A stretch of 64,000 nt of DNA, taken from positions 3,061 to 67,060 of the forward strand of contig CACFJP010000007.1 of NCBI GenBank assembly GCA_902566635.1. Direction: 5' to 3'. Shown here piece by piece: positions 15,949 through 26,265 of this stretch (positions are counted from its first letter, which is position 1; each line of letters opens with the position of its first letter). The translations under genes and the position numbers were made by a program. The stretch comes from an uncultured Bacteroidota bacterium (GTDB taxonomy: Bacteria > Bacteroidota > Bacteroidia > Flavobacteriales > Flavobacteriaceae). The notes beneath the pieces were generated by a model. That model was not told the origin of the DNA. It saw nothing but the letters and a program-made list of their open reading frames with translations, and made no database searches.

Positions 15949-17628
15949 ATGCGAGGATCTCTTGGACTATTCGTGTGTTTGATTTCACATGTACTTTGTG
16001 CCCAAAACAATGATCTACAGGATTACGCCCTTCCCATCGACATTCCAATATTACTGTCTGGCACTTTTGGTGAACTGAGAAGTACAAACATACATGCAGG
16101 AATTGATATTAAAACACAAGGACGCGAAGGTTTTCCTATTAAGGCGGTTTCAGATGGCTATGTGTCACGTATTAAGGTCTCAACATATGGATATGGTAAG
16201 GCTATTTACATCAATCATTTAGATGGAAATACGTCTGTTTATGCTCATTTAAAAAAATTCTCCTCTAATATTGAAAAGATAGTGAGAAATAAACAATACA
16301 ATGCTGAATCTTTTGAAATTGAGCTTTTTTTGAATCCTGATGAACTAGCAGTTTCGAAAAATCAGATTATTGGTTTTTCAGGAAATACTGGAGGATCATT
16401 TGGCCCTCATCTTCATTTTGAGCTTCGCGAAACAATTTCACAAAAACCAATTAACCCTCTTCTGTACTACTATAATATAAAAGACTCTGTTAGACCAGAA
16501 ATCAAAGCTTTATTCGCCTATCCAATTGGTGAAAATGCGATCGTAAACGCATCACAACAAGAACTTCAAATCCCGTTTCGAAAAGTTAATGACAGTATCT
16601 ATGTTGCTGAAAAAATTGAGGCCATTGGGAAAATTGGATTGGGGATTGTCACATATGATCGACATGATGACAATACATATAATAAAAATGGTGTTTATGG
16701 CATCACTGCAAAATTAAATGGCATACAAGTCAAAGGTTTACAGTTTTCAAAAATTCGTTTTTCAGATTCTGAATATCTTCCAACACTTATTGATTATAAA
16801 AGGTACAGTCGCACGCGGCAGCGTGTGCAAAAACTTTTTCGGTCATCTTCAAATGAATTGGCGTTTTTCAATCATGTTGATGATGGATATATTGAAGTCG
16901 AGGTGCAAAAGAACTATGCCTACCAAATCAAAGTTGAGGATGCCAATCAAAACAATCGCTACCTACTTGTACCAATCGTTGGGAAAGATCAAGAGGTTAA
17001 AGTACTACGAAAGAAAAGCCCAGAGGGTAAAGAAATTGAAACAAACAGAGATTACTTGTTTCTTTATGATGGTGCTGAAATATATATTCCAAAAAATGGG
17101 GTTTATGATAATAGCCGATTTGAACTTGGGTTTGAGGATAATGAACTGAAAGTCGAGGCAGATCACGTAGCGCTACGAAAAGATTTTCAAATTAAAATCA
17201 ACGCCCCCGACTCTATTGTTGGACACTATTTAGGTGTCAAATCTAAAAAGGGGAAAATCAGTTTTGTAAGCAACACCATTCGTGACAATCAGTTTATTGC
17301 AAAAACCAAAAAAACAGGGATCTACTCTGTTGAGCAAGATACAATTCCACCATCTATCAATCCATTGCAACAATATGATCAGCGATGGCTATCCAATTTT
17401 AAAACCTTGCAATTTACAATTGATGACAAGGAAACAGGAATCAATTCCTATAATGCGAAAATCAATGGAAAATGGGCTTTATTTGAGTATGAACCCAAGA
17501 AAAAAGAACTCTTATTCAACTTTGATGAGTACTTTACTTTGGAAGGTGCAAAACATTCGCTAGAAATTAACGTTATCGACAATGTAGGAAACGAGTCGAC
17601 CCATACATTGGAATTCTTCAGAAAATGA
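15949..17628 (+). CDS. M23/LytM-family metallopeptidase (catalytic residues intact)
   Basis: The ATG at 15949 gives signal MRGSLGLFVCLISHVLCAQ. HxxxD motif HAGIDIKT and HxH motif GPHLHFELRE are present. A long C-terminal extension of unknown function follows. The ORF-track start at 15601 is an antisense read-through of the neighbouring gene. Confidence 0.85.
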   Translation: MRGSLGLFVCLISHVLCAQNNDLQDYALPIDIPILLSGTFGELRSTNIHAGIDIKTQGREGFPIKAVSDGYVSRIKVSTYGYGKAIYINHLDGNTSVYAHLKKFSSNIEKIVRNKQYNAESFEIELFLNPDELAVSKNQIIGFSGNTGGSFGPHLHFELRETISQKPINPLLYYYNIKDSVRPEIKALFAYPIGENAIVNASQQELQIPFRKVNDSIYVAEKIEAIGKIGLGIVTYDRHDDNTYNKNGVYGITAKLNGIQVKGLQFSKIRFSDSEYLPTLIDYKRYSRTRQRVQKLFRSSSNELAFFNHVDDGYIEVEVQKNYAYQIKVEDANQNNRYLLVPIVGKDQEVKVLRKKSPEGKEIETNRDYLFLYDGAEIYIPKNGVYDNSRFELGFEDNELKVEADHVALRKDFQIKINAPDSIVGHYLGVKSKKGKISFVSNTIRDNQFIAKTKKTGIYSVEQDTIPPSINPLQQYDQRWLSNFKTLQFTIDDKETGINSYNAKINGKWALFEYEPKKKELLFNFDEYFTLEGAKHSLEINVIDNVGNESTHTLEFFRK

Positions 17629-20051
17629 AAAATATATTCTTTAGCTTATTTTGCCTCTTAAGCTATGGGAATTCGATTGCCCAACAAGCGACTGTACGTG
17701 GTATAATTACTGATGATAGTCAAAAACCGATTCAGAATGCAACTGTTGTTTCGGAATTGGGTGGCACAACTTCCAATAAAAATGGCTTTTATTCTTTGCA
17801 TGTGCAATCTAACAAAGGTATCCAAATTATCTTTCAACATATTGGGTATGAAAATAGTGTTGTAAAATTACAACTATTACCAGGGGAAGTCTATGAATTT
17901 AACCCTGTGATCAAGGAATCGGAAGAGCAAATTGCTGAGGTAATTGTTCAAGCCAATCAAGAGCGGGCAGTCAAAGGAATGACTGCTTTGACGCCAGAAA
18001 CAATTCGCAATATTTCAGGTGCAAATGCAGGAGTAGAAAACCTGCTGATAAGTCTGCCAGGAGTCAACTCAAATAATGAATTGAGCACGCAGTATGCTGT
18101 TCGAGGTGGCAACTATGACGAAAATCTAGTGTATGTCAACGAAATCGAAGTCTATCGACCTCAACTGATTCGATCTGGGCAACAAGAGGGTTTGAGTTTT
18201 TTAAATCCCGATATGATTCAACAAGTCCAATTTTCTGCTGGTGGATTTGAATCATCTTATGGAGACAAAATGTCATCTGTTCTTGATATCACTTACAAAA
18301 GCTTTATAGAAAATCAAACTCAACTGTCATTGAGTCGATTGGAAACGAATTTGAGTTTGGCTCTTGGAAATCAAAAGTGGAATGTGATCAGTGGTTTTCG
18401 CCATAGAGATAATGATTTACTTGTCGAACAGAAAGAAACAGAGACCAATTTCAATCCTAGTTTTACAGATTTTCAAACCTTTGCAACTTATTATCATTCC
18501 GATAAGCTATTTTTTAATGTACTCGGCGCTTTTTCTATTAATAAATATCGATACGAACCCATTCTTCGGCAAACAAATTTTGGTACGATTGAACAACCAA
18601 AATCATTGGTCGTCTATTATGATGGGAACGAAAATGATAATTACACGGCCTTCACTGGAGCATTAAAATCGATTTGGATTCCAAATAACAACAATAGCTA
18701 TCGGCTGATTTTGTCAAACTATCAAGCTGTTGAAAAAGAGCATTTTGATATTTTGGCTCAATACCGACTTGGAGAACCCAATACATCCGTTGGTGGTGAC
18801 GACTTGGGAGAAGTTACATTCACAGAGGGCGTTGGTTCACAGCTAACCCATGGGCGAAACAATTACGCTGCTCAAATCATAAGCGCAAAGCTCAAAGGAA
18901 AGCATATCGATGGAAAGAATCAAATCGATTGGGGAGTTGGACTTAAAAAAGAAAATATTGATGATCGTCTTGTTGAGTGGGAGGTTGTAGATTCTGCTGG
19001 TTTCTCAATTCGGCCACCCAGTGGTACGATTACAAATGACCAACCGTACACATCCTTTAGAGGTCCACTCGTCCCTTTTGCCTATATCCGAGCAACCAAT
19101 GCAACTCAGATCCAGCGAATGACTGGTTATTTGCAGTGGAGTCATAGGGGTCTGGCTAAAAACATACTTTATTGGCTTACAGCAGGACTTCGTGGACAGC
19201 GCTGGCAGTTGAATAATGAAAAGTCCAAATACATAATTAGCCCTAGGTTGCAGCTGAGTTTTCGGCCAAAAAATAAAGACTTTTTGCTGTATCGTTTTGC
19301 AACAGGAATCTACGCACAGCCTCCATTTTATCGAGAATTGCGTACGAGCGAAGGACTCATTAACCCTGAGGTTGATGCGCAAAAAGCAATCCATGTTTCT
19401 TTTGGAAATGAATATCGCTTTTCCATTTGGGATCGCCCATTTTTATTCCAATCTGAACTCTATTACAAACACTTAGATAAAATCAATGCCTATTCTGTAG
19501 AGAATGTTCGAATTCGTTATGAGGCCAATAACAACGCCAATGGATATGTTTATGGTCTTGACTTACGAATAAATGGAGATTTTGTTCCTGGAACAGAATC
19601 ATGGATTAGCCTAGGGCTGATGTCAACTAAAGAAAACAGAGACAATAGAGGATATATTCCAAGACCTAATGATCAACGTTTTAAGTTTGCCATGCTCTTC
19701 CAAGATTATGTGCCCTCAATGCCTTTTTTAAAAATGAACTTAAATCTCGTCTATAATTCTGGTCTTCCTGGGGGTGCCCCAAACTATGTGGATCCATATA
19801 ATTATACTGGTCGCCTGAGAGACTATAAACGAGCTGATTTAGGATTTTTTTATGTAATTAACGATGAAAAGAAAAAGAGGTTGCCTTTTTTTAAAGACCT
19901 GATGGTTGGCTTTGAAATTTTCAATGTCTTTGATGTTCAAAATGCAATTACAATGACATGGGTACGAGACGTTTCCAGCAAGTCACAATTTGGTATCCCA
20001 AACTATATGACCCCAAGAGTATTTAACATCAAATTGACTACTCGTTTTTAG
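17625..20051 (+). CDS. TonB-dependent-receptor-like outer-membrane beta-barrel with CarboxypepD_reg domain
   Basis: Signal MKNIFFSLFCLLSYGNSIAQ. CarboxypepD_reg-like start (VRGIITDDSQKPIQNATVVS), plug-like segment (ENLLISLPGVNSNNELSTQYAVRGGNYDENLVYVNEIEVY) and terminal ...NIKLTTRF. Its ATG overlaps the TGA of the M23 gene (ATGA). Confidence 0.8.
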   Translation: MKNIFFSLFCLLSYGNSIAQQATVRGIITDDSQKPIQNATVVSELGGTTSNKNGFYSLHVQSNKGIQIIFQHIGYENSVVKLQLLPGEVYEFNPVIKESEEQIAEVIVQANQERAVKGMTALTPETIRNISGANAGVENLLISLPGVNSNNELSTQYAVRGGNYDENLVYVNEIEVYRPQLIRSGQQEGLSFLNPDMIQQVQFSAGGFESSYGDKMSSVLDITYKSFIENQTQLSLSRLETNLSLALGNQKWNVISGFRHRDNDLLVEQKETETNFNPSFTDFQTFATYYHSDKLFFNVLGAFSINKYRYEPILRQTNFGTIEQPKSLVVYYDGNENDNYTAFTGALKSIWIPNNNNSYRLILSNYQAVEKEHFDILAQYRLGEPNTSVGGDDLGEVTFTEGVGSQLTHGRNNYAAQIISAKLKGKHIDGKNQIDWGVGLKKENIDDRLVEWEVVDSAGFSIRPPSGTITNDQPYTSFRGPLVPFAYIRATNATQIQRMTGYLQWSHRGLAKNILYWLTAGLRGQRWQLNNEKSKYIISPRLQLSFRPKNKDFLLYRFATGIYAQPPFYRELRTSEGLINPEVDAQKAIHVSFGNEYRFSIWDRPFLFQSELYYKHLDKINAYSVENVRIRYEANNNANGYVYGLDLRINGDFVPGTESWISLGLMSTKENRDNRGYIPRPNDQRFKFAMLFQDYVPSMPFLKMNLNLVYNSGLPGGAPNYVDPYNYTGRLRDYKRADLGFFYVINDEKKKRLPFFKDLMVGFEIFNVFDVQNAITMTWVRDVSSKSQFGIPNYMTPRVFNIKLTTRF

Positions 20052-21196
20052 GAGTTGATGTATTCTTCCAATACATTCACAAGGTGATCAATGTCTTTTT
20101 TGGTATTGAATTTAGAAAAGGATAGGCGAATCGACGGAGATTGTAATTGCTCTTCTGAAAGGATATGATTCAGCACATGAGAACCCGTCTCACTTCCTGC
20201 TTGACAAGCACTTCCCTTAGAGCAACAAATTCCCTTTAAGTCAAGGTTAAACCCAAGTAAATTTGCTTTGTCTAAACTCATTGGGATTCGAACATTTAAA
20301 ATCGTGTAAGTGCTCTTGGTTAAATCGTCACAGCAACCATTGAAAGAAAGGTCTGGAATTTTGCTCGAAAGTTGCTCTATGCAATAGCTTTTAAGATCAG
20401 TAATTTGTGATTGATCATGGTCCAAATTCGTGTAAGCATGTGAAAAAGCTTCCCCCAACCCAACAATATTATGAACACTCTCTGTTCCTGCGCGAAGACC
20501 CCTCTCTTGACCTCCACCAAACAGCAAACTTTTAAGGCCTGTTTTTTTTCGAATAAAAACAAAACCTATACCCTTTGGACCATGGAATTTATGTGCTGCT
20601 GCAACTAAAAAATCAATTGGTAATTCTTGTAAATTAAAACGATAGTGACCTATCGATTGGACTGTGTCAGAGTGAAAAAGCGCATTGTTTTTTCGACAAA
20701 GATTTCCAATAGTTTCCAAATCAATAATCGTTCCTAATTCGTTATTGACATGAATGAGGCTCACCAATTTCTTAGTGTTATCGTTTTGTAGAAGTCTTTC
20801 AAGGTCATCAATATCAGGAGATCCATCAGGTAAAACCTTGACATATTGGACTGTTACTGCGGCTTTTTTTTCTAGGTTTTCGACCGCATTAAGTACAGCG
20901 TGATGTTCGATTTTTGATGTTATCATTGTTTCAATCCCAAGTCCATGAACAGCGCCCTGCAAAATCATATTGTCGCCCTCAGTTCCGCCAGAAGTAAAAA
21001 TAATTTCCTTTGATTCAGCACCCAATTCTTTCGCTATCGACTTTCGTGTATTTTCGATTATACTTTTTGCTTTTCTTCCTTGACTGTGAATTGAAGATGG
21101 ATTACCAAATGAATATGACAAAGTTTGTGTTATAATGTCAACAACCTCCTTTAAGACAGGGGTCGTTGCTGCATTATCAAGATAGATGGAATCCAT
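20048..21196 (-). CDS. Cysteine desulfurase (NifS/IscS family, PLP-dependent)
   Basis: MDSIYLDNAATTP start, TSGGTEGDN, PLP-lysine block AAAHKFHGPKGIG, and active-site Cys in SKGSACQAGS. Confidence 0.85.
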   Translation of the reverse strand: MDSIYLDNAATTPVLKEVVDIITQTLSYSFGNPSSIHSQGRKAKSIIENTRKSIAKELGAESKEIIFTSGGTEGDNMILQGAVHGLGIETMITSKIEHHAVLNAVENLEKKAAVTVQYVKVLPDGSPDIDDLERLLQNDNTKKLVSLIHVNNELGTIIDLETIGNLCRKNNALFHSDTVQSIGHYRFNLQELPIDFLVAAAHKFHGPKGIGFVFIRKKTGLKSLLFGGGQERGLRAGTESVHNIVGLGEAFSHAYTNLDHDQSQITDLKSYCIEQLSSKIPDLSFNGCCDDLTKSTYTILNVRIPMSLDKANLLGFNLDLKGICCSKGSACQAGSETGSHVLNHILSEEQLQSPSIRLSFSKFNTKKDIDHLVNVLEEYINS

Positions 21197-21205
21197 AGAT
21201 AAGTT

Positions 21206-22450
21206 TTATTGAGTTTCAAAATCACGAAAGGTATTAATGATTATCTGTACACTAGACAAAAGTTGCGATTCATTAATCACCAATGGAGGAGCAAATCGAA
21301 TGATATTTCCATGGGTGGGTTTTGCTAATAATCCGTTGTCTCGAAGTTTCAAACAAATATTCCAGGCCGTTGAACTATGTTCAGAATCATTGACTACTAT
21401 TGCATTTAACAATCCTTTTCCTCTTACAAGTTTTATTAACTTACTTTTTTTAGCAAAATGAGATAATTTTTCTCTAAATATTTTCCCTAACCTTTCTGAA
21501 TTTTCAGCTAAATTTTCTTCTACAGCTACCTCTAATGCAGCCATAGCTACCTTACATCCAAGGGGGTTTCCACCAAAGGTAGAACCATGCTCACCAGCTT
21601 TAATTGTCATCATAATTTCATCAGCAGCAAGTACCGCAGAAACTGGAAAAACTCCACCAGATAAAGCTTTTCCTAAAATTAAAATATCTGGTTTAACATT
21701 CTCGTGTTGACAGCAAAATAATTTTCCTGTTCTTGAAATACCAGTTTGAACCTCATCAGCAATGAATAATACATTTTTTGACTTACATAATCTGAAGGCT
21801 TTTTTTAAATAACCTTCATCTGGCACTATGACTCCAGCCTCGCCTTGAATTGGCTCAACCATAAAACCAGCTACGTTTGGATCTTCTAAGGACTTTTCCA
21901 AATCTTTTAAATCATTGTATTTAATTATATCAAAACCAGGTAAATAGGGACCATAATCATTGAATGCACTTGGATCTGTAGATGAAGATACAGCAGCCAA
22001 AGTTCTTCCCCAAAAATTATTTTCGGCGAATATAATTTTTGCTTTGTTCTCCTCAATACCTTTTATTTTATAAGCCCATTTTCTACATAATTTTATGGCC
22101 GTTTCACCCCCTTCTACACCAGTATTCATGGGTAAAATTTTATCATAACCAAATAAACTAGTCACATACTTTTCATATGAACCTAAAATATTATTGTGAA
22201 ATGCACGGGAAGTTAGGGTTAAAATACTGGATTGTTCTTTTAAAGCTTTTACAATTTTAGGATGACAATGTCCTTGATTTACTGCTGAATATGCAGATAA
22301 AAAGTCGACATACTTATTCCCCTCTACATCCCAAAGATATATACCCTCACCTCGGTTCAGAACTACAGGTAATGGATGGTAATTATGTGCCCCATACTGA
22401 AGCTCATCATTTATGTAACAATCCGTTTTAGATGCAATCTTAGACTTCAT
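21206..22450 (-). CDS. rocD: Ornithine--oxo-acid aminotransferase
   Basis: From the ATG at 22450 (MKSKIASK...). [30 protein letters not shown] and STFGGNPLG are class-III aminotransferase blocks of OAT type. Confidence 0.8.
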   Translation of the reverse strand: MKSKIASKTDCYINDELQYGAHNYHPLPVVLNRGEGIYLWDVEGNKYVDFLSAYSAVNQGHCHPKIVKALKEQSSILTLTSRAFHNNILGSYEKYVTSLFGYDKILPMNTGVEGGETAIKLCRKWAYKIKGIEENKAKIIFAENNFWGRTLAAVSSSTDPSAFNDYGPYLPGFDIIKYNDLKDLEKSLEDPNVAGFMVEPIQGEAGVIVPDEGYLKKAFRLCKSKNVLFIADEVQTGISRTGKLFCCQHENVKPDILILGKALSGGVFPVSAVLAADEIMMTIKAGEHGSTFGGNPLGCKVAMAALEVAVEENLAENSERLGKIFREKLSHFAKKSKLIKLVRGKGLLNAIVVNDSEHSSTAWNICLKLRDNGLLAKPTHGNIIRFAPPLVINESQLLSSVQIIINTFRDFETQ

Positions 22451-22665
22451 CACAAAAGTTTTGACGAAAGTAGTCAAATCTGAAGCAAAAAAAAAAGACA
22501 TTTCTTCTGGACCCCTTGTGATAATTTTTTAATTAGTCTTCCGCCTTATATGATTTTGAAAAAAAGCCTACTTGTGAAGGTACATATAATGCTATTTGGA
22601 AAAATTTTACCAATTCTTGATCTCTTAGCTAATTATTAATCAAAATATTTACTAGTTTTTCGTTT

Positions 22666-22673
22666 TACATTTG
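22666..22673 (+). promoter_or_regulatory. -7 box TACATTTG upstream of the trmH-family gene
   Basis: Exact TAnnTTTG match in the rocD/trmH divergent intergenic region, 82 nt before the ATG at 22756. Confidence 0.25.
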
Positions 22674-22755
22674 AATTAACCACTAAACTAATATTTTACT
22701 GAAACTTAAAAATAGTGCGTTTAGAAGAAAAACTTGATTTAAATTTACAATCAAA

Positions 22756-23574
22756 ATGAAAACGATATCAAGCCAACAAAACGACTCAATCAAATTCATT
22801 ACTGGATTGATTCGTAAGGCATCATTAAGAAAGGAAAGTAATGTCTTTGTTGTTGAAGGAAAACGCGAACTCAAGTTGGTTGTAAGAGGTGGTTTCAGAA
22901 TTGAAAAATTATTTTGTTGTCAAGAAATATTTAAACATCCAAAAATAGAAGAATGGTGCACACAAAACTTGGGCATCAGCAATATGGTGCGCGTAACTGA
23001 AAATGTGTATAGAAAAATAAGTTATCGAAAAAAAACTGAAGGAATCGTCGCGTTGGTAAAAAAGAAAAAAATGGGTATTGACTCTATTGTTTTCAAAAAT
23101 AAAAATCCGCTGGTGCTCGTTGCTGAAAATATTGAAAAACCTGGAAATATAGGTGCCATGCTTCGCACGGCAGATGCATCCAAAATTGATTGTCTTTTGA
23201 TAGCCGAGCCACAAACAGATATATATAACCCCAATGTTATTCGTTCAAGCGTGGGTGGATTTTTTTCAGTCCCCATAGGAGTTGGAACAAATGAAGAGGT
23301 ACATACATTTTTGAATCAACATCACATTACCCCTCATGCAGCTCGTTTGGAAGCAAGTGTTTCTTACGAAACTATTGATTTCACCAAACCCTCAGCTGTT
23401 GTTGTTGGTGCTGAATCAACAGGGTTGAGTAAATTTTGGCTGAACGCCTCCAAATCAAATATAAAAATCCCAATGCTGGGAAGTTTAGACTCTATGAATG
23501 TGTCAGTGGCTGCAGGAATACTTCTTTTTGAAGCAACTCGTCAGCGCAATTTTTACAGAGAACAAGGAATTTAG
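22756..23574 (+). CDS. TrmH/SpoU-family RNA 2'-O-methyltransferase
   Basis: SPOUT motifs are present: NIEKPGNIGAMLRTADA, VGAESTGLS, IPMLGSLDSMNVSVAAGILLFE. Confidence 0.8.
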   Translation: MKTISSQQNDSIKFITGLIRKASLRKESNVFVVEGKRELKLVVRGGFRIEKLFCCQEIFKHPKIEEWCTQNLGISNMVRVTENVYRKISYRKKTEGIVALVKKKKMGIDSIVFKNKNPLVLVAENIEKPGNIGAMLRTADASKIDCLLIAEPQTDIYNPNVIRSSVGGFFSVPIGVGTNEEVHTFLNQHHITPHAARLEASVSYETIDFTKPSAVVVGAESTGLSKFWLNASKSNIKIPMLGSLDSMNVSVAAGILLFEATRQRNFYREQGI

Positions 23575-23586
23575 TACTTTTATAAT

Positions 23587-25794
23587 ATGGTAGAAGCAAC
23601 TGAAACAGTATCGGATAATGCGCAAATCGCAAAAGCCTACAAAGACTTATTACGAATCAGCTATCAAAAGCTTACTGCCGCTGATAAAAAAATGATTCGG
23701 CTGGCGCTAGATACTGCTGTCGATGCACACAAAGACCAAAGAAGAAAATCGGGTGAGCCATATATCCTTCATCCAATTGCAGTGGCCAAAATTGTTGCCG
23801 ATGATATAGGACTTGGTGCCCCCTCAATTGCAGCAGCTCTTCTACATGATGTTGTTGAAGATACAAAATACACCATTGACGATATCGAATCTATGCATGG
23901 CACTCAAATTGCTAAAATTGTCGATGGTCTGACAAAAATTTCAAACTTGAAAAAAGATAAAGATATATCTTTTCAAGCTGAAAATTTTAGAAAGATGTTA
24001 CTCACTCTCAATGATGACGCAAGAGTGATTATCATCAAAATTGCTGATCGTTTGCACAATATGCAAACCATGGACGCCATGCCTCGAAATAAACAAATCA
24101 AAATTGCTTCGGAAACGCTTTACATATATGCGCCGCTGGCACACCGCGTAGGGATGTATAATATCAAAACCGAACTCGAAGATATGGGGCTTAAATATAC
24201 TGAGCCAAAAATATATCGTGATATTCAAAAGAAAGTACAGGAAAACCTCGAAAACCAACAAGGGTTTATTGATGGTTTTGTTAAGCTAACCAAAAAATAT
24301 TTACGTCGTGAGGGCTTGACATGTAAAATTGAAGGTCGCCCAAAATCTATCTATTCAACGAGAAGGAAAATGGTCTCCAAAAAACTTGATTTTGATCAGA
24401 TTTTTGATCGCTTTGCCATTCGTGTTATTTATAAAGCGGACCCCCAAGAAGAAAAGTTTTTGGCTTGGAAAATATACTCGATCATCACTGATCACTATCA
24501 ACCCAACCCCCTTCGCTTAAGAGACTGGATTTCTGCCCCAAAATCAACTGGTTATGAGGCACTGCATGTCACAGTTATGGGTCCTGAAGGAAGATGGGTT
24601 GAAGTGCAAATTCGATCTGAACGCATGCATGAAATTGCTGAAAAAGGATATGCTGCTCACTTCAAATACAAGCATGGAAAGCAAGACGAAAGAGGGCTTG
24701 AAGTCTGGCTCAACCGATTGCGTGAAGTAATTGAGCAACCTAATTCAGACGCTGTTGATTTTGTCAAAGATTTTAGGCTCAACCTTTACGCAAGTGAAAT
24801 TTTTGTGTTTACTCCCGAGGGGGATTTAAAATCTCTTCCACAAGGCTCAACGCCAGTCGATTTTGCTTTTCATATTCACACTGAAATTGGGATGCACACC
24901 AGAGGTGCTAAAATCAATGGAAAAATTGTGCCTCTAAGCTATCGACTAAAAAGTGGTGATCAAGTTGAAATCATCACCTCTGACAAGGCTTTTCCTAATC
25001 CAAGTTGGTTGGATTATGTGATTACATCAAGAGCGCGCTCGAGAATTCGATCGTTTTTGAAAGAAGATAAAAAACAAATCGCAGAAGAAGGAAAAGAGAT
25101 ATTGAGAAGAAAGCTCAAGCAATTAAAAATTAGCTTTAACAGCAAAACAGTTCAAAAACTCCTAGACTTTTATAAACTCAAAACAAGTTTGGATTTGTAC
25201 TATCGTGTTGGCATAGGTACTATAGATAATGCAAAGCTTAAAAAATTTAGTTCCGATCAAAATAATCGTTTTCTAAACTTATTTAAAAGAAAAACACAAA
25301 AGAGTACATCTTCGTCTTTTATCGATGATGATAAAATAACCAATAAATTCGATCAACTTGTTTTTGGAAAAAACGAAGAACAACTCGAATATCAACTCAG
25401 TCCATGCTGCAATCCAATTGCTGGTGACGATATATTTGGATTCGTTACTGTAAGTGATGGCGTTAAAGTTCATAAAAATGAATGTCCAAATGCCCTCACT
25501 TTACGCTCAAACTATGCCTATCGAATTGTTAATGCCAAATGGATTGATTCCTCTCAAGACGAATTTTCTGTTAAACTACAACTCACTGGTTTAGATGATT
25601 TGGGACTTGTGAATAAGGTGACGCAAGTCATTTCAAATACAAACAATGTAAATATAAGTCGCATGTCTTTTGATTCGAATGATGGGACGTTTGAAGGTCA
25701 TGTTTTATTAAAAGTGAAGAACAGTGCTCTGCTGAAAAAGATGATTAAGCAGCTTCAAAATATAAATGGAGTACATAAAGTTGTTAGAGAGTAA
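23587..25794 (+). CDS. Bifunctional RelA/SpoT-family (p)ppGpp synthetase/hydrolase
   Basis: 735 aa. HD hydrolase block (HPIAVAKI...LLHDVVEDT), synthetase block (GRPKSIYSTRRKM...ALHVTV...EVQIRSERMH), TGS-like region (IFVFTPEGDLKSLPQGSTPVDFAF) and a C-terminal ACT-like domain. Confidence 0.9.
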   Translation: MVEATETVSDNAQIAKAYKDLLRISYQKLTAADKKMIRLALDTAVDAHKDQRRKSGEPYILHPIAVAKIVADDIGLGAPSIAAALLHDVVEDTKYTIDDIESMHGTQIAKIVDGLTKISNLKKDKDISFQAENFRKMLLTLNDDARVIIIKIADRLHNMQTMDAMPRNKQIKIASETLYIYAPLAHRVGMYNIKTELEDMGLKYTEPKIYRDIQKKVQENLENQQGFIDGFVKLTKKYLRREGLTCKIEGRPKSIYSTRRKMVSKKLDFDQIFDRFAIRVIYKADPQEEKFLAWKIYSIITDHYQPNPLRLRDWISAPKSTGYEALHVTVMGPEGRWVEVQIRSERMHEIAEKGYAAHFKYKHGKQDERGLEVWLNRLREVIEQPNSDAVDFVKDFRLNLYASEIFVFTPEGDLKSLPQGSTPVDFAFHIHTEIGMHTRGAKINGKIVPLSYRLKSGDQVEIITSDKAFPNPSWLDYVITSRARSRIRSFLKEDKKQIAEEGKEILRRKLKQLKISFNSKTVQKLLDFYKLKTSLDLYYRVGIGTIDNAKLKKFSSDQNNRFLNLFKRKTQKSTSSSFIDDDKITNKFDQLVFGKNEEQLEYQLSPCCNPIAGDDIFGFVTVSDGVKVHKNECPNALTLRSNYAYRIVNAKWIDSSQDEFSVKLQLTGLDDLGLVNKVTQVISNTNNVNISRMSFDSNDGTFEGHVLLKVKNSALLKKMIKQLQNINGVHKVVRE

Positions 25795-25805
25795 AAAAAG
25801 CTATG

Positions 25806-25813
25806 TAAATTTG
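25806..25813 (+). promoter_or_regulatory. -7 box TAAATTTG upstream of the fur-like gene
   Basis: Exact TAnnTTTG match, 9 nt before the ATG at 25823. Confidence 0.35.
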
Positions 25814-25822
25814 CAATAAATC

Positions 25823-26263
25823 ATGGATAAAAATCAAGAAATTGTACGAGAGGTTTTTATTGCGTTTTTAGACAAAAACGGACATCGAAAAACACCTGAG
25901 CGTTTTGCCATTCTCGAAGAAATTTATCGAAGTGATGATCATTTTGATATCGAATCTCTATACTTAAAAATGAAAGAGAAGAAATACAGAGTGAGCAGAG
26001 CGACTTTGTACAACACCATTGAGTTACTCCTCGACTGTGGCCTTGTTCGAAAACATCAGTTTGGACCTCAACACGCGCAATACGAAAAGTCTTATTTTGA
26101 CAGTCAACACGATCACATCATTTTTACAGATACAGGTGAGGTAAAAGAGTTTTGTGATCCTAGAATACAAATGATTAAAAAAAGTATTGAAGAAGTTTTT
26201 GATGTGGACATTCACAACCATTCTCTTTACTTCTACGCAACAAAAACAAACAGTAAGAAATAA
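25823..26263 (+). CDS. Fur-family transcriptional regulator (lacks CxxC pairs)
   Basis: 146 aa. Winged-helix block ([13 protein letters not shown]...[19 protein letters not shown]) and His-rich metal-site block ([12 protein letters not shown]). There are only two isolated Cys residues, so no Cys4 structural Zn site. Confidence 0.7.
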   Translation: MDKNQEIVREVFIAFLDKNGHRKTPERFAILEEIYRSDDHFDIESLYLKMKEKKYRVSRATLYNTIELLLDCGLVRKHQFGPQHAQYEKSYFDSQHDHIIFTDTGEVKEFCDPRIQMIKKSIEEVFDVDIHNHSLYFYATKTNSKK

Positions 26264-26265
26264 AT

